Assembly: GCA_963720545.1 (NCBI GenBank)
Contig: OY970399.1
Coordinates: 1,152,001 to 1,216,000 of the forward strand
Direction: 5' to 3'
DNA length: 64,000 nt
DNA from: an uncultured Acidobacteriota bacterium
Lineage (GTDB): Bacteria; Acidobacteriota; Vicinamibacteria; Fen-336
The notes beneath the pieces are model-generated. The model saw nothing but the letters and a program-made list of their open reading frames with translations, was not told where the DNA came from and did not search any database. Every line of letters starts with the position of its first letter. Position 1 is the stretch's first letter. This document shows, piece by piece, positions 39,646-49,916 of this stretch. The position numbers and the translations under genes are program-made.

Positions 39646-42600
39646 TCAGGCCGTCGTGCGGCGGCGCTCCTGCCAGCCCTCGAGGGCCGCGTAGATGGTG
39701 GGTACCGCGAACAGCGTCACCGCTGTCGAGAGAGTCAAGCCGCCGATCACCACGAGTGCCAGCGGCTGCTGCAGTTCGGCGCCGGCGCCAAGGCCGAGCG
39801 ACAGCGGTAACAGCCCGAAGAGCGTGCACAACGTGGTCATCAGGATGGGGCGCAGGCGCACGCGGGCGGCGCGGCGGATCGCGTCGCCAAGCGGCATTCC
39901 GGCGTCGCGCAGGCGGTGAGCGTAGTCGAGCATGACGATGCCGTTCTTCACGGTGAGGCCGATGAGCAGGATGAAACCCATCGCCGATGAGACGTTGAGC
40001 TCGGTGCCGGTGGCGAGCAGGATGAGGAGCGCGCCGCCGAAAGACAGCGGCGCCGCCGCCAGGATGATCGCCGCGGGGATGAACGACCGGAACTCGATCA
40101 CCAGCAGCAGCAGCACCAGCGACGCCGCGATCGCGAGCACAGCGAGGATCTGGCGGAAGGCCTGCTGCTGCGATTCGTATTGCCCGCCCACCTCCGTCGT
40201 ATAGCCGACGGGCAGCTTCACGGAAGCAAGAGCGCTGCGCACGTCCGCAACTGCGCTGCCCAGCGAGCGGCCCTCGAGGTGGCCGGTGACGAACGCCATC
40301 TCGCGCAGGTTCTCGCGCACCAGCACGCTCTCGCCGGGCACCGTCTCCGGATGCGCCAGAGCGCCGAGCGGCACCACTGCTCCCTGCGGCCCGCGCACGC
40401 CCGTGGCCGCGACCTTCGCCGGATCGAAGCGGACGGCATCGGGATAGCGGACGCGCACCGGCACCGGCCGCTCGCCACCGCCGCCGCCCACGCGCAGGCT
40501 GGTGGCCACCTGCCCCAGCAGCGCGCCGTGCACCTGGTCGGCGACGTCCGCCACGCTCAGCCCCAGGCGGCCGGCGGCCGCGGGGTCCACCTGCCACGTC
40601 TCCTCCGGTCCCCCGCTCTGGGTACCGACGATGTCCACCAGCCCGTCGATGCTCGCGAGCTTGCCCTCGAGCGTCTCGGACAACTCCTGCAGAGTCTTCG
40701 GGTCGTCGCCGAAGATCTTCACCTCCACCGGCGCCGACGAGCCTTCGAGGTCGCCCAGCATGTCCTGCAGCAACTGCACGAACTCCACTTCCGTGCCCGG
40801 CATCGCCTCCGTCAGCTTGTCGCGCAGGTCGGCGATGATCTCGTCGCTGCTGCGGCTGCGTTCGCCGCGCCGCTTCAGCCGCACCAGGATGTCGCCTTCG
40901 TTCGCCGGGGTCGCGAAGATGCCCATCTCCGAACCGGTGCGCCGCGAGAACGCCGCCACCTCAGGGGTTGCGGAGAGGATCGACTCGGCCTTGCGGATGG
41001 TGGCGTCGGTCGTCTCGATCGCAGTGCCCGGCGGCGTGAGGTAGTCGATGACGAAGCCGCCCTCGTCCATGTGCGGCAGAAAACCGGTCGGCACAAAAAG
41101 GAAGAGCGCGCCCATCGCAATCACCAGCCCCGCCATCGCCAGGAACACCGGCCGTGGACGGCGCATCACACCGTCGAGCGCCGCGCCGTAGCGCCGCTGC
41201 AGTGCCGATTCGCGTGGTGCTTCCGGCCGGCGGGCGGCGGCAAAGCTCCAGCGCGCCAGCAGCGGAATGAGGGTGAGGGCGAGCCCCAGCGAGATCAGCA
41301 CCGCAACCGAGAGCGTGATCGAGAGCGCGCGGAAGAACTGTCCGGCGACACCCGACAGGAGCGCCAACGGCGCGAACACCACCACGGTGGTGAGCGTCGA
41401 GCCGACCACCGGCGCCACCAGCTCCGAGGTCGCGGCCTCGACCGCACCGGCGCCCTCGGCCTGGTCGAGATGGCGGTGGATGTTCTCCACCACCACCACG
41501 GCATCGTCGATGACGAGGCCGATCGCGACCGCCAGCCCGCCCATCGACATCAGGTTCACCGTCTGCCCGAAGAGCTTCATGAAGAGGAAGGTCGTGAAGA
41601 CGGTGAGCGGCAGTGTGAGCGCCGCGACCGCAGTGACCCGCCAGTCGCGCAGGAACAGGAACAGCACGGCCACCGCCAGCAATCCGCCCGCGAGGATGGC
41701 GTCGCGCACGCTGCCGATGGCGTCATCCACGAAGCCGGCGAGGTCGTAGACCTTGGCGATCGCGAGACCGGCGGGCAGGCTGCGCGCGAGCTCCGCAAGC
41801 TGCCTGGCGACGCCGTCGCGCACCTCGAGGATGCGCGCTCCAAGCTGCTTCGAGACGTTGACGACGGCCGCCGGGCGGCCGTTGCCGGCCACCAGCACGG
41901 TGCGATCGGGCGCTCCGGGAAAGACGCTGCCGACGTCGGCGACCCGCACCGTCGCGCCACCGGCGGTGACGAGCGGCGCCTGCCGGATCTGCTCGGCGTC
42001 CGTCCACATGCCGGACGCGAGCACCAGCACCTGCTTCCCCGCACGCGGGTAGCGGCCCACCGCTGCCAGCCGGTTCGCGGAATCGAGCGCGCCCGCGACG
42101 CCGGGAACGGTGAGGCCGCTCGCCAGCATGCGCGCCGGGTCCACGACCACCTCCAGCTCGCGCGTGTCGCTCGCCTGCACCGCCACCCTGCCGACACCCG
42201 GGACGCGGGCCAGCGCGGGCCGCATTACGTAGAAGGCGTAGTCGTGGAGGTCGGCCGCGGACAGACCGCCGGTGAGGTTGTAGCTCAGCATCGGGAACTG
42301 CTCGGGCGTGAGGCGCTCGACCGTCAGATCGATGTCGGCGGGAAGCTCCGAGCGCAATTCCGCCACGTGGTTCTGCACCTGCTGGAGCGCCAGCACGATG
42401 TCGGTGTCGGGCGCGAACTGCGCCGAGATCTCGGTCGCACCGCGGAAGGTCGTGGAGCGCACCCGGCGCACGCCCGGCACTTCCATGATGGCCTCCTCGA
42501 TGGGCCGCGTGACCTGCGCCATCATCATGCGGCCTGGTGTCGTGCCGACGTGCGCCACCACGATGACGCGCGGAAACACGAGCGGCGGATAGATGTCGCT

Positions 42601-42699
42601 CGGCAGCGACGGCAGCGCCCAGAGCCCGCCGGCAGCGAGCAGCACAACGCACAGAGCAACGCCGCGGCCGTGCCGCTGCGCGAGGCCGGCGACACTCAT
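39646..42699 (-). CDS. RND efflux permease (CusA/CzcA-like)
   Basis: GLVIDDAVVVVEN, RLRPILMT, QPLALVVIGGL; 1017 aa. Confidence 0.92.
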   Translation of the reverse strand: MSVAGLAQRHGRGVALCVVLLAAGGLWALPSLPSDIYPPLVFPRVIVVAHVGTTPGRMMMAQVTRPIEEAIMEVPGVRRVRSTTFRGATEISAQFAPDTDIVLALQQVQNHVAELRSELPADIDLTVERLTPEQFPMLSYNLTGGLSAADLHDYAFYVMRPALARVPGVGRVAVQASDTRELEVVVDPARMLASGLTVPGVAGALDSANRLAAVGRYPRAGKQVLVLASGMWTDAEQIRQAPLVTAGGATVRVADVGSVFPGAPDRTVLVAGNGRPAAVVNVSKQLGARILEVRDGVARQLAELARSLPAGLAIAKVYDLAGFVDDAIGSVRDAILAGGLLAVAVLFLFLRDWRVTAVAALTLPLTVFTTFLFMKLFGQTVNLMSMGGLAVAIGLVIDDAVVVVENIHRHLDQAEGAGAVEAATSELVAPVVGSTLTTVVVFAPLALLSGVAGQFFRALSITLSVAVLISLGLALTLIPLLARWSFAAARRPEAPRESALQRRYGAALDGVMRRPRPVFLAMAGLVIAMGALFLFVPTGFLPHMDEGGFVIDYLTPPGTAIETTDATIRKAESILSATPEVAAFSRRTGSEMGIFATPANEGDILVRLKRRGERSRSSDEIIADLRDKLTEAMPGTEVEFVQLLQDMLGDLEGSSAPVEVKIFGDDPKTLQELSETLEGKLASIDGLVDIVGTQSGGPEETWQVDPAAAGRLGLSVADVADQVHGALLGQVATSLRVGGGGGERPVPVRVRYPDAVRFDPAKVAATGVRGPQGAVVPLGALAHPETVPGESVLVRENLREMAFVTGHLEGRSLGSAVADVRSALASVKLPVGYTTEVGGQYESQQQAFRQILAVLAIAASLVLLLLVIEFRSFIPAAIILAAAPLSFGGALLILLATGTELNVSSAMGFILLIGLTVKNGIVMLDYAHRLRDAGMPLGDAIRRAARVRLRPILMTTLCTLFGLLPLSLGLGAGAELQQPLALVVIGGLTLSTAVTLFAVPTIYAALEGWQERRRTTA

Positions 42700-43814
42700 T
42701 GCGGTGCGGGCTCGGGCTCGGGCTCGGCCTCGGCCTCGGCCTCTATGGTCACCGCGGCGCCGTCGGGCAGGCCTTCCTGGCCGCGCACCACCACTTGTTC
42801 GCCGGCGCGCAGGCCCTTGGCGATCTCGGTCGTCTTGTCGGTGACGATGCCTGGAACCACCTCGCGGCGGTGCGCCTTGCCGTCCTTCTCCACGACGAAG
42901 ACCGTGGACTTGCCGTCTTCCGTCACAACTGCCTCGGAGGGCACGACGATGACGTTGCTGTGCTCCTCGGCGACGATCGCCACCTGCACCGTGGTGCCCG
43001 CGGCCAGCCCTTCGGGCGCGCTCATTCGCACCCCTGCGGTGCCGGTCGCCGGATCGACGGCGATGGGCAGGCCGAGTACGCGACCCTGCGCGGCGTCTTC
43101 CGCGTCAGGCGCGGCTGCCGGGCTCGTGACGCTGACCGCATGACCGACGACGATGCGCCCCAGGTCGCGCGCCGGCACCGCCGCGACGATCTGCAGGCGG
43201 CGAGGGTCGATGACGCGCAGCACCGGGTCGCCGGCAGCGCCGTCCACCGTGTCGCCGGGATTGTGGAAGCGCCGCGCGACGATGCCGTCGAAGCGCGCAC
43301 GCACCAGGGTCCGCGAGAGCAGTTCGGCCGCGTTGGCGGACGCCGCGCGCGCGCCGTCGAGCGCCGCCTCCGCGGCACGCAGTTCCTTTTCGGCGGCCTC
43401 CACGTCGCGCCTGGCCGCTATGCCTTTTCCCAGCAGCAGCGCCAGCCGCTCATGGCTGGCGCGCGCGTTCTCGAGGCCGGCCTTCGCCTGAGCCGCTTCC
43501 GCCGCCCTGCTGGAGGCTTCGGTGCGCAGCGTCGGCGCATCGAAGCGCACCAGCACGTCGCCCTTGCGGACGGCATCGCCTTCGGTGCGCGGCATCTGCG
43601 CGATGCGCGCCGGGCCTGGAGCGATGATGGTCCAGTCGGCGCCGGGGCCGGGTTCGACAGTTCCGGTCGCCGTGATCACGGCGCGGATCGTGTCCGTCGC
43701 GGCCGGCGCCACGCTCACGTCTACCGGCACCTCGGTCGCGATTTCCTCGGGCTCACGCCCGTGGCACGCGCAAAGCGCCGCTACTGCGACGAGCGCCGCA
43801 GCCTTCATGTTCAT
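42696..43814 (-). CDS. RND efflux membrane fusion protein (lipoprotein)
   Basis: Lipobox-like LCAC; EGDAVRKGDVL, VVPSEAV, GLRAGEQVV. Confidence 0.9.
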   Translation of the reverse strand: MNMKAAALVAVAALCACHGREPEEIATEVPVDVSVAPAATDTIRAVITATGTVEPGPGADWTIIAPGPARIAQMPRTEGDAVRKGDVLVRFDAPTLRTEASSRAAEAAQAKAGLENARASHERLALLLGKGIAARRDVEAAEKELRAAEAALDGARAASANAAELLSRTLVRARFDGIVARRFHNPGDTVDGAAGDPVLRVIDPRRLQIVAAVPARDLGRIVVGHAVSVTSPAAAPDAEDAAQGRVLGLPIAVDPATGTAGVRMSAPEGLAAGTTVQVAIVAEEHSNVIVVPSEAVVTEDGKSTVFVVEKDGKAHRREVVPGIVTDKTTEIAKGLRAGEQVVVRGQEGLPDGAAVTIEAEAEAEPEPEPAPQ

Positions 43815-45031
43815 GGCTGCGGCCCCAGGCGCAGCGCTCTCTGCAGGTCGGCCAGTGCCGTCTCGTAGTCGGACGCGGCTTGCAGCTCCTTCTGGCGCAG
43901 CTCGCGGGCCGCGCGCAGCGATTCGAGAAACTCGGCGAGCCCGGTTTGTCCCGCGCGATACGACTCCTCCGCCATCGCCTCCACCTCGCGGCTCTGCGGC
44001 AGCACCGTGTCGCGGTAGCGCAGGTACGCAGTGCGCGCCGCGGCGGCACGCGCGTGCGCCGCGAAGGCGCGCGCGCTCGCCTGAGTGGCGAACGCCGTGC
44101 GCTGCGCCTGCAACCGCGCGAGCGTTGCCTTCTCAAGCCGCACGGCGGCCCCGTGCCGGGTGAAGATCGGCACCACCATGGCGACCGCGGCGTGATAACC
44201 CCAGTCGAACTCCGGCTGTGCGTTGTGGGTGACGGCGCCTTCGACACTCAGGTCAGGCACTTGCTGCGCGCGCGCCAGGGCGACCCGCGCCTCGGCCTCC
44301 TTGAGCTGGCGGTCGAGCACGGCGAGGACGGCATTGGCTCCAGGCTCCGGCGTTTGCAGCGAGGGCATCTCTGCCAGGTCTGCCGCCACCTCGGTGGCGG
44401 CATCGACCGGCCGGCCGACGTGCGTGTTGAGCTCGGCGCGGGCTGCGGCTAGTTCGCCGCCTTGCGCCGCCGCCTCGTTCTGTGCGCCGGCCAGCGCCAG
44501 CCCGGCTTGCAGGACGTCGAGCCGGGCGACCTCGCCGGCTTCCTCGCGCTCGGTCGCGACCCGGTGCGCTCGGCCCGCGAGTTCGGCGATCTCGCGCGCG
44601 ATCGCGGCGCGGCGCTGCGCGGAAGCAACCGCATAGTAGGCGCGCACCGTATCGGCCTCCGCTTCGGCCTCGAGTTGCGCCGTCTCGGCTTCGCCCGTGA
44701 GGCGTGCCGCATCGGCCACCGCGATGCGCCGCCCGCGCTTGCCGCCGAGTTCGATCGGCTGCGTGAGCGACACGAGGTCGTGCGGCAGCTCGTTCGTGTG
44801 CTCGTAGCGAACCTCGGGATTTGGCCACTCGCCGGCGACGGCCAAGTTGGCGAGGTCAATTGGCCGGCGCAGGCGCGCGGCGACGAGCCGCGGATCGTTC
44901 GTTTTGGCGAGCGTCACTGCCTGCTCGAGCGTCATGGACGGTTCCTGCGGCGCCGCCGGATCCTGCGCGGCGCAGGGTACCGCGGCCCATCCGGACAGGG
45001 CCACCAGGATGCCGCAGCAGCCGCGTTTCAT
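43811..45031 (-). CDS. TolC/CzcC-like outer membrane efflux protein
   Basis: Signal peptide; QPIELGGKRGRR; YRAG..L.EFL; operon position. Confidence 0.88.
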   Translation of the reverse strand: MKRGCCGILVALSGWAAVPCAAQDPAAPQEPSMTLEQAVTLAKTNDPRLVAARLRRPIDLANLAVAGEWPNPEVRYEHTNELPHDLVSLTQPIELGGKRGRRIAVADAARLTGEAETAQLEAEAEADTVRAYYAVASAQRRAAIAREIAELAGRAHRVATEREEAGEVARLDVLQAGLALAGAQNEAAAQGGELAAARAELNTHVGRPVDAATEVAADLAEMPSLQTPEPGANAVLAVLDRQLKEAEARVALARAQQVPDLSVEGAVTHNAQPEFDWGYHAAVAMVVPIFTRHGAAVRLEKATLARLQAQRTAFATQASARAFAAHARAAAARTAYLRYRDTVLPQSREVEAMAEESYRAGQTGLAEFLESLRAARELRQKELQAASDYETALADLQRALRLGPQP

Positions 45032-45130
45032 CGCCGCACCTTAAGAGGCGGCCCTTAACGGCAGTTGAACGAATCGCCGCGTCCGGCGGCCGTGCAGCGG
45101 CAGGTCCTATATCCTCCTTGTGGCATTGAA

Positions 45131-45850
45131 ATGAGCAAGACCCCGGGCCAGCGCAAGGGCACGGTGCTCGTCATCGAAGACGACACCGAGACGCGCACCG
45201 TCCTGTCCGAGGCGCTCGAGGAAGACGGCTACACGGTCTGCGCCCTGCCGCGACGACATGGCGCAACCCAGGCGCTGCGCCGCGCCGCCGCGGACGCCGT
45301 GGTCCTCGACGTCTGGCTGCCCGATGGCAGCGGCGTCGACTTGTGCCGCGAGTGGCGGACCGCCGGAATTCGCGTGCCGGTACTGATGCTTACCGCGCGC
45401 GCCGACGTCTCCTCGCGAGTCGAGGGCCTGGACGCAGGCGCCGACGACTATCTCGGCAAGCCGTTTGCCCTCTCGGAACTGCGCGCACGGCTGCGCGCGC
45501 TGATGCGGCGCGGGCACAGCGACCCGTCGGATGAGGTCTTCAACCGCGGCACGCTGCGCGTCGACTTCGGCCGCAGGCAGGCGTGGGTGGACGGCAAGGA
45601 GGTACCGCTCACCCGCCGGGAGCTCGAGGTGTTCGCGCGGCTCGTCTGGGGCCGCGGCCGCGCGGTGGCGCGCGAGGACTTGCTGGAGGAGATCTGGGGC
45701 GAAGCCACCGAGGAGACCGCCGCGAGCCTCGAGGTCATGGTGGCGCGGCTGCGGCGCAAGCTCGAGGGGGGGCACCGCGAAGCGATCATTCGCACCGTGC
45801 GCGGCCACGGTTACGCGCTCGCGGAGACGACCGAAGGCAACCCGCGTTGA
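45131..45850 (+). CDS. OmpR-family response regulator
   Basis: LVIEDD, LDVWLPD, GADDYLGKPF, IRTVRGHGY. Confidence 0.92.
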   Translation: MSKTPGQRKGTVLVIEDDTETRTVLSEALEEDGYTVCALPRRHGATQALRRAAADAVVLDVWLPDGSGVDLCREWRTAGIRVPVLMLTARADVSSRVEGLDAGADDYLGKPFALSELRARLRALMRRGHSDPSDEVFNRGTLRVDFGRRQAWVDGKEVPLTRRELEVFARLVWGRGRAVAREDLLEEIWGEATEETAASLEVMVARLRRKLEGGHREAIIRTVRGHGYALAETTEGNPR

Positions 45851-47199
45851 GGCGCCCGTCGATCGCACGGCGCGTGCTCCAGGGCACGGTGTTCGCGTCG
45901 GGGCTCAGCGCACTGGTGCTGGCCGCAGCGGCGGCGCTGGTTGCCCTCGTCGTGTGGCGCAACCAGGAAAGGCAGGAGCTCGAAGAGACGCGCACCGCGT
46001 TCGCGAGCGCCCTGGCTGCGGAGGTCGCGGAGCACGACGGCTCGCTGGCGAGAGGCGCGCGCGAGGCCGTGGTGGAGAGCGCCATCGTCGGCTACCGGGT
46101 CGAGGTGTGGCGCGACGGCGCGCTCGTCGCCGCAAACCTGCAGGGCCCGTCCGTGGGCGTGGCCGCGGCACCAGGCATCGCGATCGACGACCAGGGCTGG
46201 CTGAAGAGCACGTCGTGGCTCGCGGATCGCGCACAGTTGGTAGTGGCGGTGCGCAGCCGGCGCGCCGAGGCATTGCGCGTCTTTGGCGTGTCGCTGGCGC
46301 TGGCGGCGCCGGTCTGCCTGGGCTTCGCCTGGCTCATCGGCTCGTTCGTCGGCCGGCGCGCGACCCGTCCGTTGCTGCGCTTCAGCGACCGACTGGCGCG
46401 CGCCGAGCCGTTCCGGCCGCTCGGCGAACTCGACCTGGCCGACGCGCCGGCGGACGTCGCCGAACTCGAGGAATCGTTCGGCACGTTGTGGGAGCGGCTG
46501 CACCAGGCGCTCGCGCGCGAACGCGAGTTCGCCGCTAACGCGTCGCACGAGCTGCGGCTGCCGCTGACTCGCATCCGCCTGCGCGCCGAGCGCGCAATGG
46601 CGGCGGCGAGCCCCGAGGCGAAGGAGGAACTGCTCGAACAGGCCGGCGAGATCGACCGCATGGTGCGCCTCGTCGATTCGCTGCTGGTCCTCTCCCGCGA
46701 TCCGTCCGCCGGGATTCCGGGCGCCGAGGCCGTAAACGTCGCCGACGTGACCCGCGCCGCCGCCGCTCGCCTGCTGGGCGAGCGCTGGCTGGCGGCTGGC
46801 GACGACTTGCCCGACGAAGCCCTGGTCCGCGGCGACGAGGACCTGCTGTCGATCGCTGTAGAAAACCTGCTCGACAACGCCGCGAAGTTCACCTCGGGTG
46901 GCGAAGCCGTGCGCGTGGCGCTTGCCGAGCGCGACCACCGGGTGGAACTGGTCGTGACCTCGCCAGGGGCGCGCATCGAGGGCGGGCAGGCCGAGCGGCT
47001 GTTCGAGCGGTTCTACCGCTCGCCACAGGCGCGCGTCTCGCAGCGCGGTCACGGCCTCGGTTTGCCGCTGGCGCGCCACATCGCTCGCCTGCACGGCGGC
47101 GAGGTGCGCTGCGTTTCACGACCGCACGAAGACGCGGCGTTCGAGCTGTGCCTGCCCGGCTGGTCGCCGCACGCTGTGCAGGGCGCACAGTCGCTCTAG
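45847..47199 (+). CDS. Sensor histidine kinase (HAMP, HisKA, HATPase)
   Basis: Two TMs; ASHELRLPL, NLLDNAAKF, FERFYR, GHGLGL; TTG start overlapping regulator stop. Confidence 0.9.
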   Translation: MRRPSIARRVLQGTVFASGLSALVLAAAAALVALVVWRNQERQELEETRTAFASALAAEVAEHDGSLARGAREAVVESAIVGYRVEVWRDGALVAANLQGPSVGVAAAPGIAIDDQGWLKSTSWLADRAQLVVAVRSRRAEALRVFGVSLALAAPVCLGFAWLIGSFVGRRATRPLLRFSDRLARAEPFRPLGELDLADAPADVAELEESFGTLWERLHQALAREREFAANASHELRLPLTRIRLRAERAMAAASPEAKEELLEQAGEIDRMVRLVDSLLVLSRDPSAGIPGAEAVNVADVTRAAAARLLGERWLAAGDDLPDEALVRGDEDLLSIAVENLLDNAAKFTSGGEAVRVALAERDHRVELVVTSPGARIEGGQAERLFERFYRSPQARVSQRGHGLGLPLARHIARLHGGEVRCVSRPHEDAAFELCLPGWSPHAVQGAQSL

Positions 47200-49788
47200 A
47201 ACGCGAGGCCGGTCTTGATATAGATGCCCAGCCGGCCCTCGCTGCGCGCTGCCGAGACCGTCACCGAATTGCGGCGATTGGGCGAGGCGAACCACAGGCC
47301 GCCGCCGACGCCGTGGTGCCACTTGTTGGCCGACGGCGAGTCGCCGTCGAAATAGATGCGGCCGATGTCGAACAGGCCGAGGACGCCGATCTCTCCGGGA
47401 ACGAACACGAACACGTTGCCAAGCGACAAGCCGCAGCTCGGTGTTCGCATAGAGGACGCCGTCGCCGGCGAAGCGCTGCTGGCGCAGGCCGCGCACCACT
47501 CCGGCACCGTCGCCGGAGAACTCGTCGGCCGACGGCACCGGCCGGCCGCCGAGGAACGCCGCTTCGAAGTATGGATAGTCGCCGAACACGTGCTTGCCGC
47601 CGCCGCGCAGCATCAGGATCACCTTGCCTGGCGCAGACGGACTGAGGTAGGTGCTCGCTTCGGCGTGCAGCTCGCCGAAGGTGTCGTCGAGGCCCCAGGC
47701 CTTCGGATAGATGTGGCCGTGCGACCAGATCCGCACGCCGCGGCTGGGCCAGGCAGGCTTGTCGGTGGTGTCGAAGCGCGCCGCGAAGCCGGCGCCCAAC
47801 TGGCCGATCGTCTTGGTACTGACGGCGCGCTCACCACTGAAGACCGGGTTGCCGCGCGGTTCGGTGAACGTGTATTTCAGGACCGACTCGAACGACAGCG
47901 AGAGCTTGCCGATCGGCAGCGTCAGCCGCGGCGCGAAGATGAACTGGTCGTTCTCGATCTTGGCGCGGTCGTCGGGGTCGATCGCCGGGCTGTCGTTGCC
48001 GAATCCGTAGAAACGGAAGATCTCATAGCCGGATCCGATCGCGGTGAGGCCGGCTGTTATCGGCGAGTTCTCGAAGCGGCGGTCGAATTCGTAGACGCCG
48101 CGGAATGCCTTGCGCGACGAGGAGAAGCTGAGCGAGGCACGGTGCTGCGCGGCGTACGGGAACTTGCGAAAGCCGAAGCGGGTCGAAAGCAAGGCCACCG
48201 TCGGTACGACGCCAAGGTCGGTGCCGCCGCCAACTCGCAGCAGCCAGACGTTGCGCCTGCCCCAGTCGCGCGGCGGAATCCAGTCGCCGCTGCGATTGAC
48301 GGGCGGAGCCACGAACACGCCGCGATCCTGCCAGGTGCCGGGGCCCGGGACGACCTTGTCGAGCGTGCCGGATTCGTAGAAGCGCGTCTTGCCGCCGGCG
48401 GAATCGTCGAGGTTGTCGTCGCCTTCGCCGCCGACGACACGCAGCACGATGGCGCCCGCCTTGCCGCGGGTGACGACTCGGTCGTCGCCGCCGAAGAGCA
48501 GCAGGCGCACTTCGCGCGTCTCCTTTTCGTGGAACGTGCGCTGGAAGTAGGGCGCGCCGGCATCAGCCGCGACCTTGACCGTCACGTCGCCGCCGTTGCC
48601 GCGCTCGACATCCACGTTTTCGGCGACGTCGGTCGCGTAGACGTCCACCTGCTTCGCGAGGAACTCGTAGAAGCGCACGGCTTGCTTCGCCAGCGCGTCG
48701 CGCCGGTGTTTCAGCGCCGCCGCCAGGACCGCCCCGTTGTGCGCGAAGTACTCGGGCGGCATGCGCCGCGCGGCCGCGTCGATCACGGCATCGGTTATGA
48801 GGCGTTGCACGGTCGCCGCCTCCTCCTCGAAGGCGGGGCGCTCGAGACCCGCGAGCAGCCGCCGATCCACGTCCGAGCCGTCGAAGGTCAGGCCCTCCAT
48901 GCTCGAGTAGTCCTTGCCGAAATCGACGAGCAGCGGCAGCGACGGGCGCAGCACCGAGATCGCGATGCCGTTGAACTTGACGAATGCCTGGTCGCGGTCC
49001 TCCGGTATCGGCTGCCATAGCGGGTTGCCGGCCAGCTTGACCCACCGCCATTGATTGCGGTGGCGGTCCCAGTCGCCGATCAGCTGGTCGATGAGCCTGG
49101 CGCGCAGGTAGGCACGGGCGTCGACGCGCACCGCCGGACTCTCACGCGTGCGTCGCCACAGCTCCTCGCCGTCGATGTTCTCCTCTGCGGCAACGAGGCC
49201 CGGGCTGCCGCCGTATTCCTCGATGTCGCCGAGCACGCCCTTGAAGTCGTCGCGGAACTCGCCCAGGCGCGGGTCGTCCGGCATCACGGCGAGGCGCGGC
49301 TCGTTGTGCAGGACCTGCGCGGCTTCCAGCAGCGGCGGGACGATGACCTGGGCCGCCGGATGCCCAGACGCCATCTGGTCGACGATGAAGCGCGTGGCAA
49401 AGGTTTCGCGCAGCTCGATCGGAAGCAGCCCCGAAGGGTCCTTCAACAGAGGCCGGAAGGTGTACAGGCGTCCGTCGGCCGCCTGGAACGCGAGGCTCTT
49501 GCTCTGCCCGTGGCCGACGATCCGCGTCGGCGTGATGCCGCCGCCGTAAGTCCCGAGGTCGAGGACCTCCGCGTCGAACGGCGTCAGCCACAACTTGCGG
49601 TAGTTGCTCCCGAACAACCAGCGGTACAAGCCGCCTTTGCGGTAACGCGCGCCGGCGACGACGCGCTTCGTGCCCGCCGATTCCGCAGTCGCCTGCGCGG
49701 CGCCGGCCTCGGTTGCGACAAAGGCGGCGCCAACGCTCAGTGCGGCAATGACGTTCCTTATTCCGTGAAGCTGCCGTGCACGAGACAT
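47196..49788 (-). CDS. Exported protein: kinase-like N-domain plus Omp85/BamA-TamA-type barrel (frameshift near 47428)
   Basis: Signal peptide; DWDRH..QW and PEDRDQAF; VRG..RFAG loop-6-like motif; C-terminal YIKTGLAF in second frame. Confidence 0.7.
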
Positions 49789-49916
49789 GTTGACTCCCGC
49801 GCAAGCGTAGGACCCGCTGCTTAACAGCAGGTGAACGACCCCGTTTTTCTGAGGCTCCTTGCGCTTGCCGGTGGCCCGAGGGCCCTCGGGAAACGGGGTG
49901 CTGTAGCCTGCGGCGC

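Noticed and set aside
42708..42743. GGCTCG/GCCTCG hexamer tandem
   Set aside because: Simply encodes the EAEAEPEPEP low-complexity tail of the membrane fusion protein
45039..45070. CCTTAA direct repeat as an OmpR-family box between tolC and the regulator
   Set aside because: 14-bp spacing does not fit the usual ~10-11 bp tandem period; too short to support
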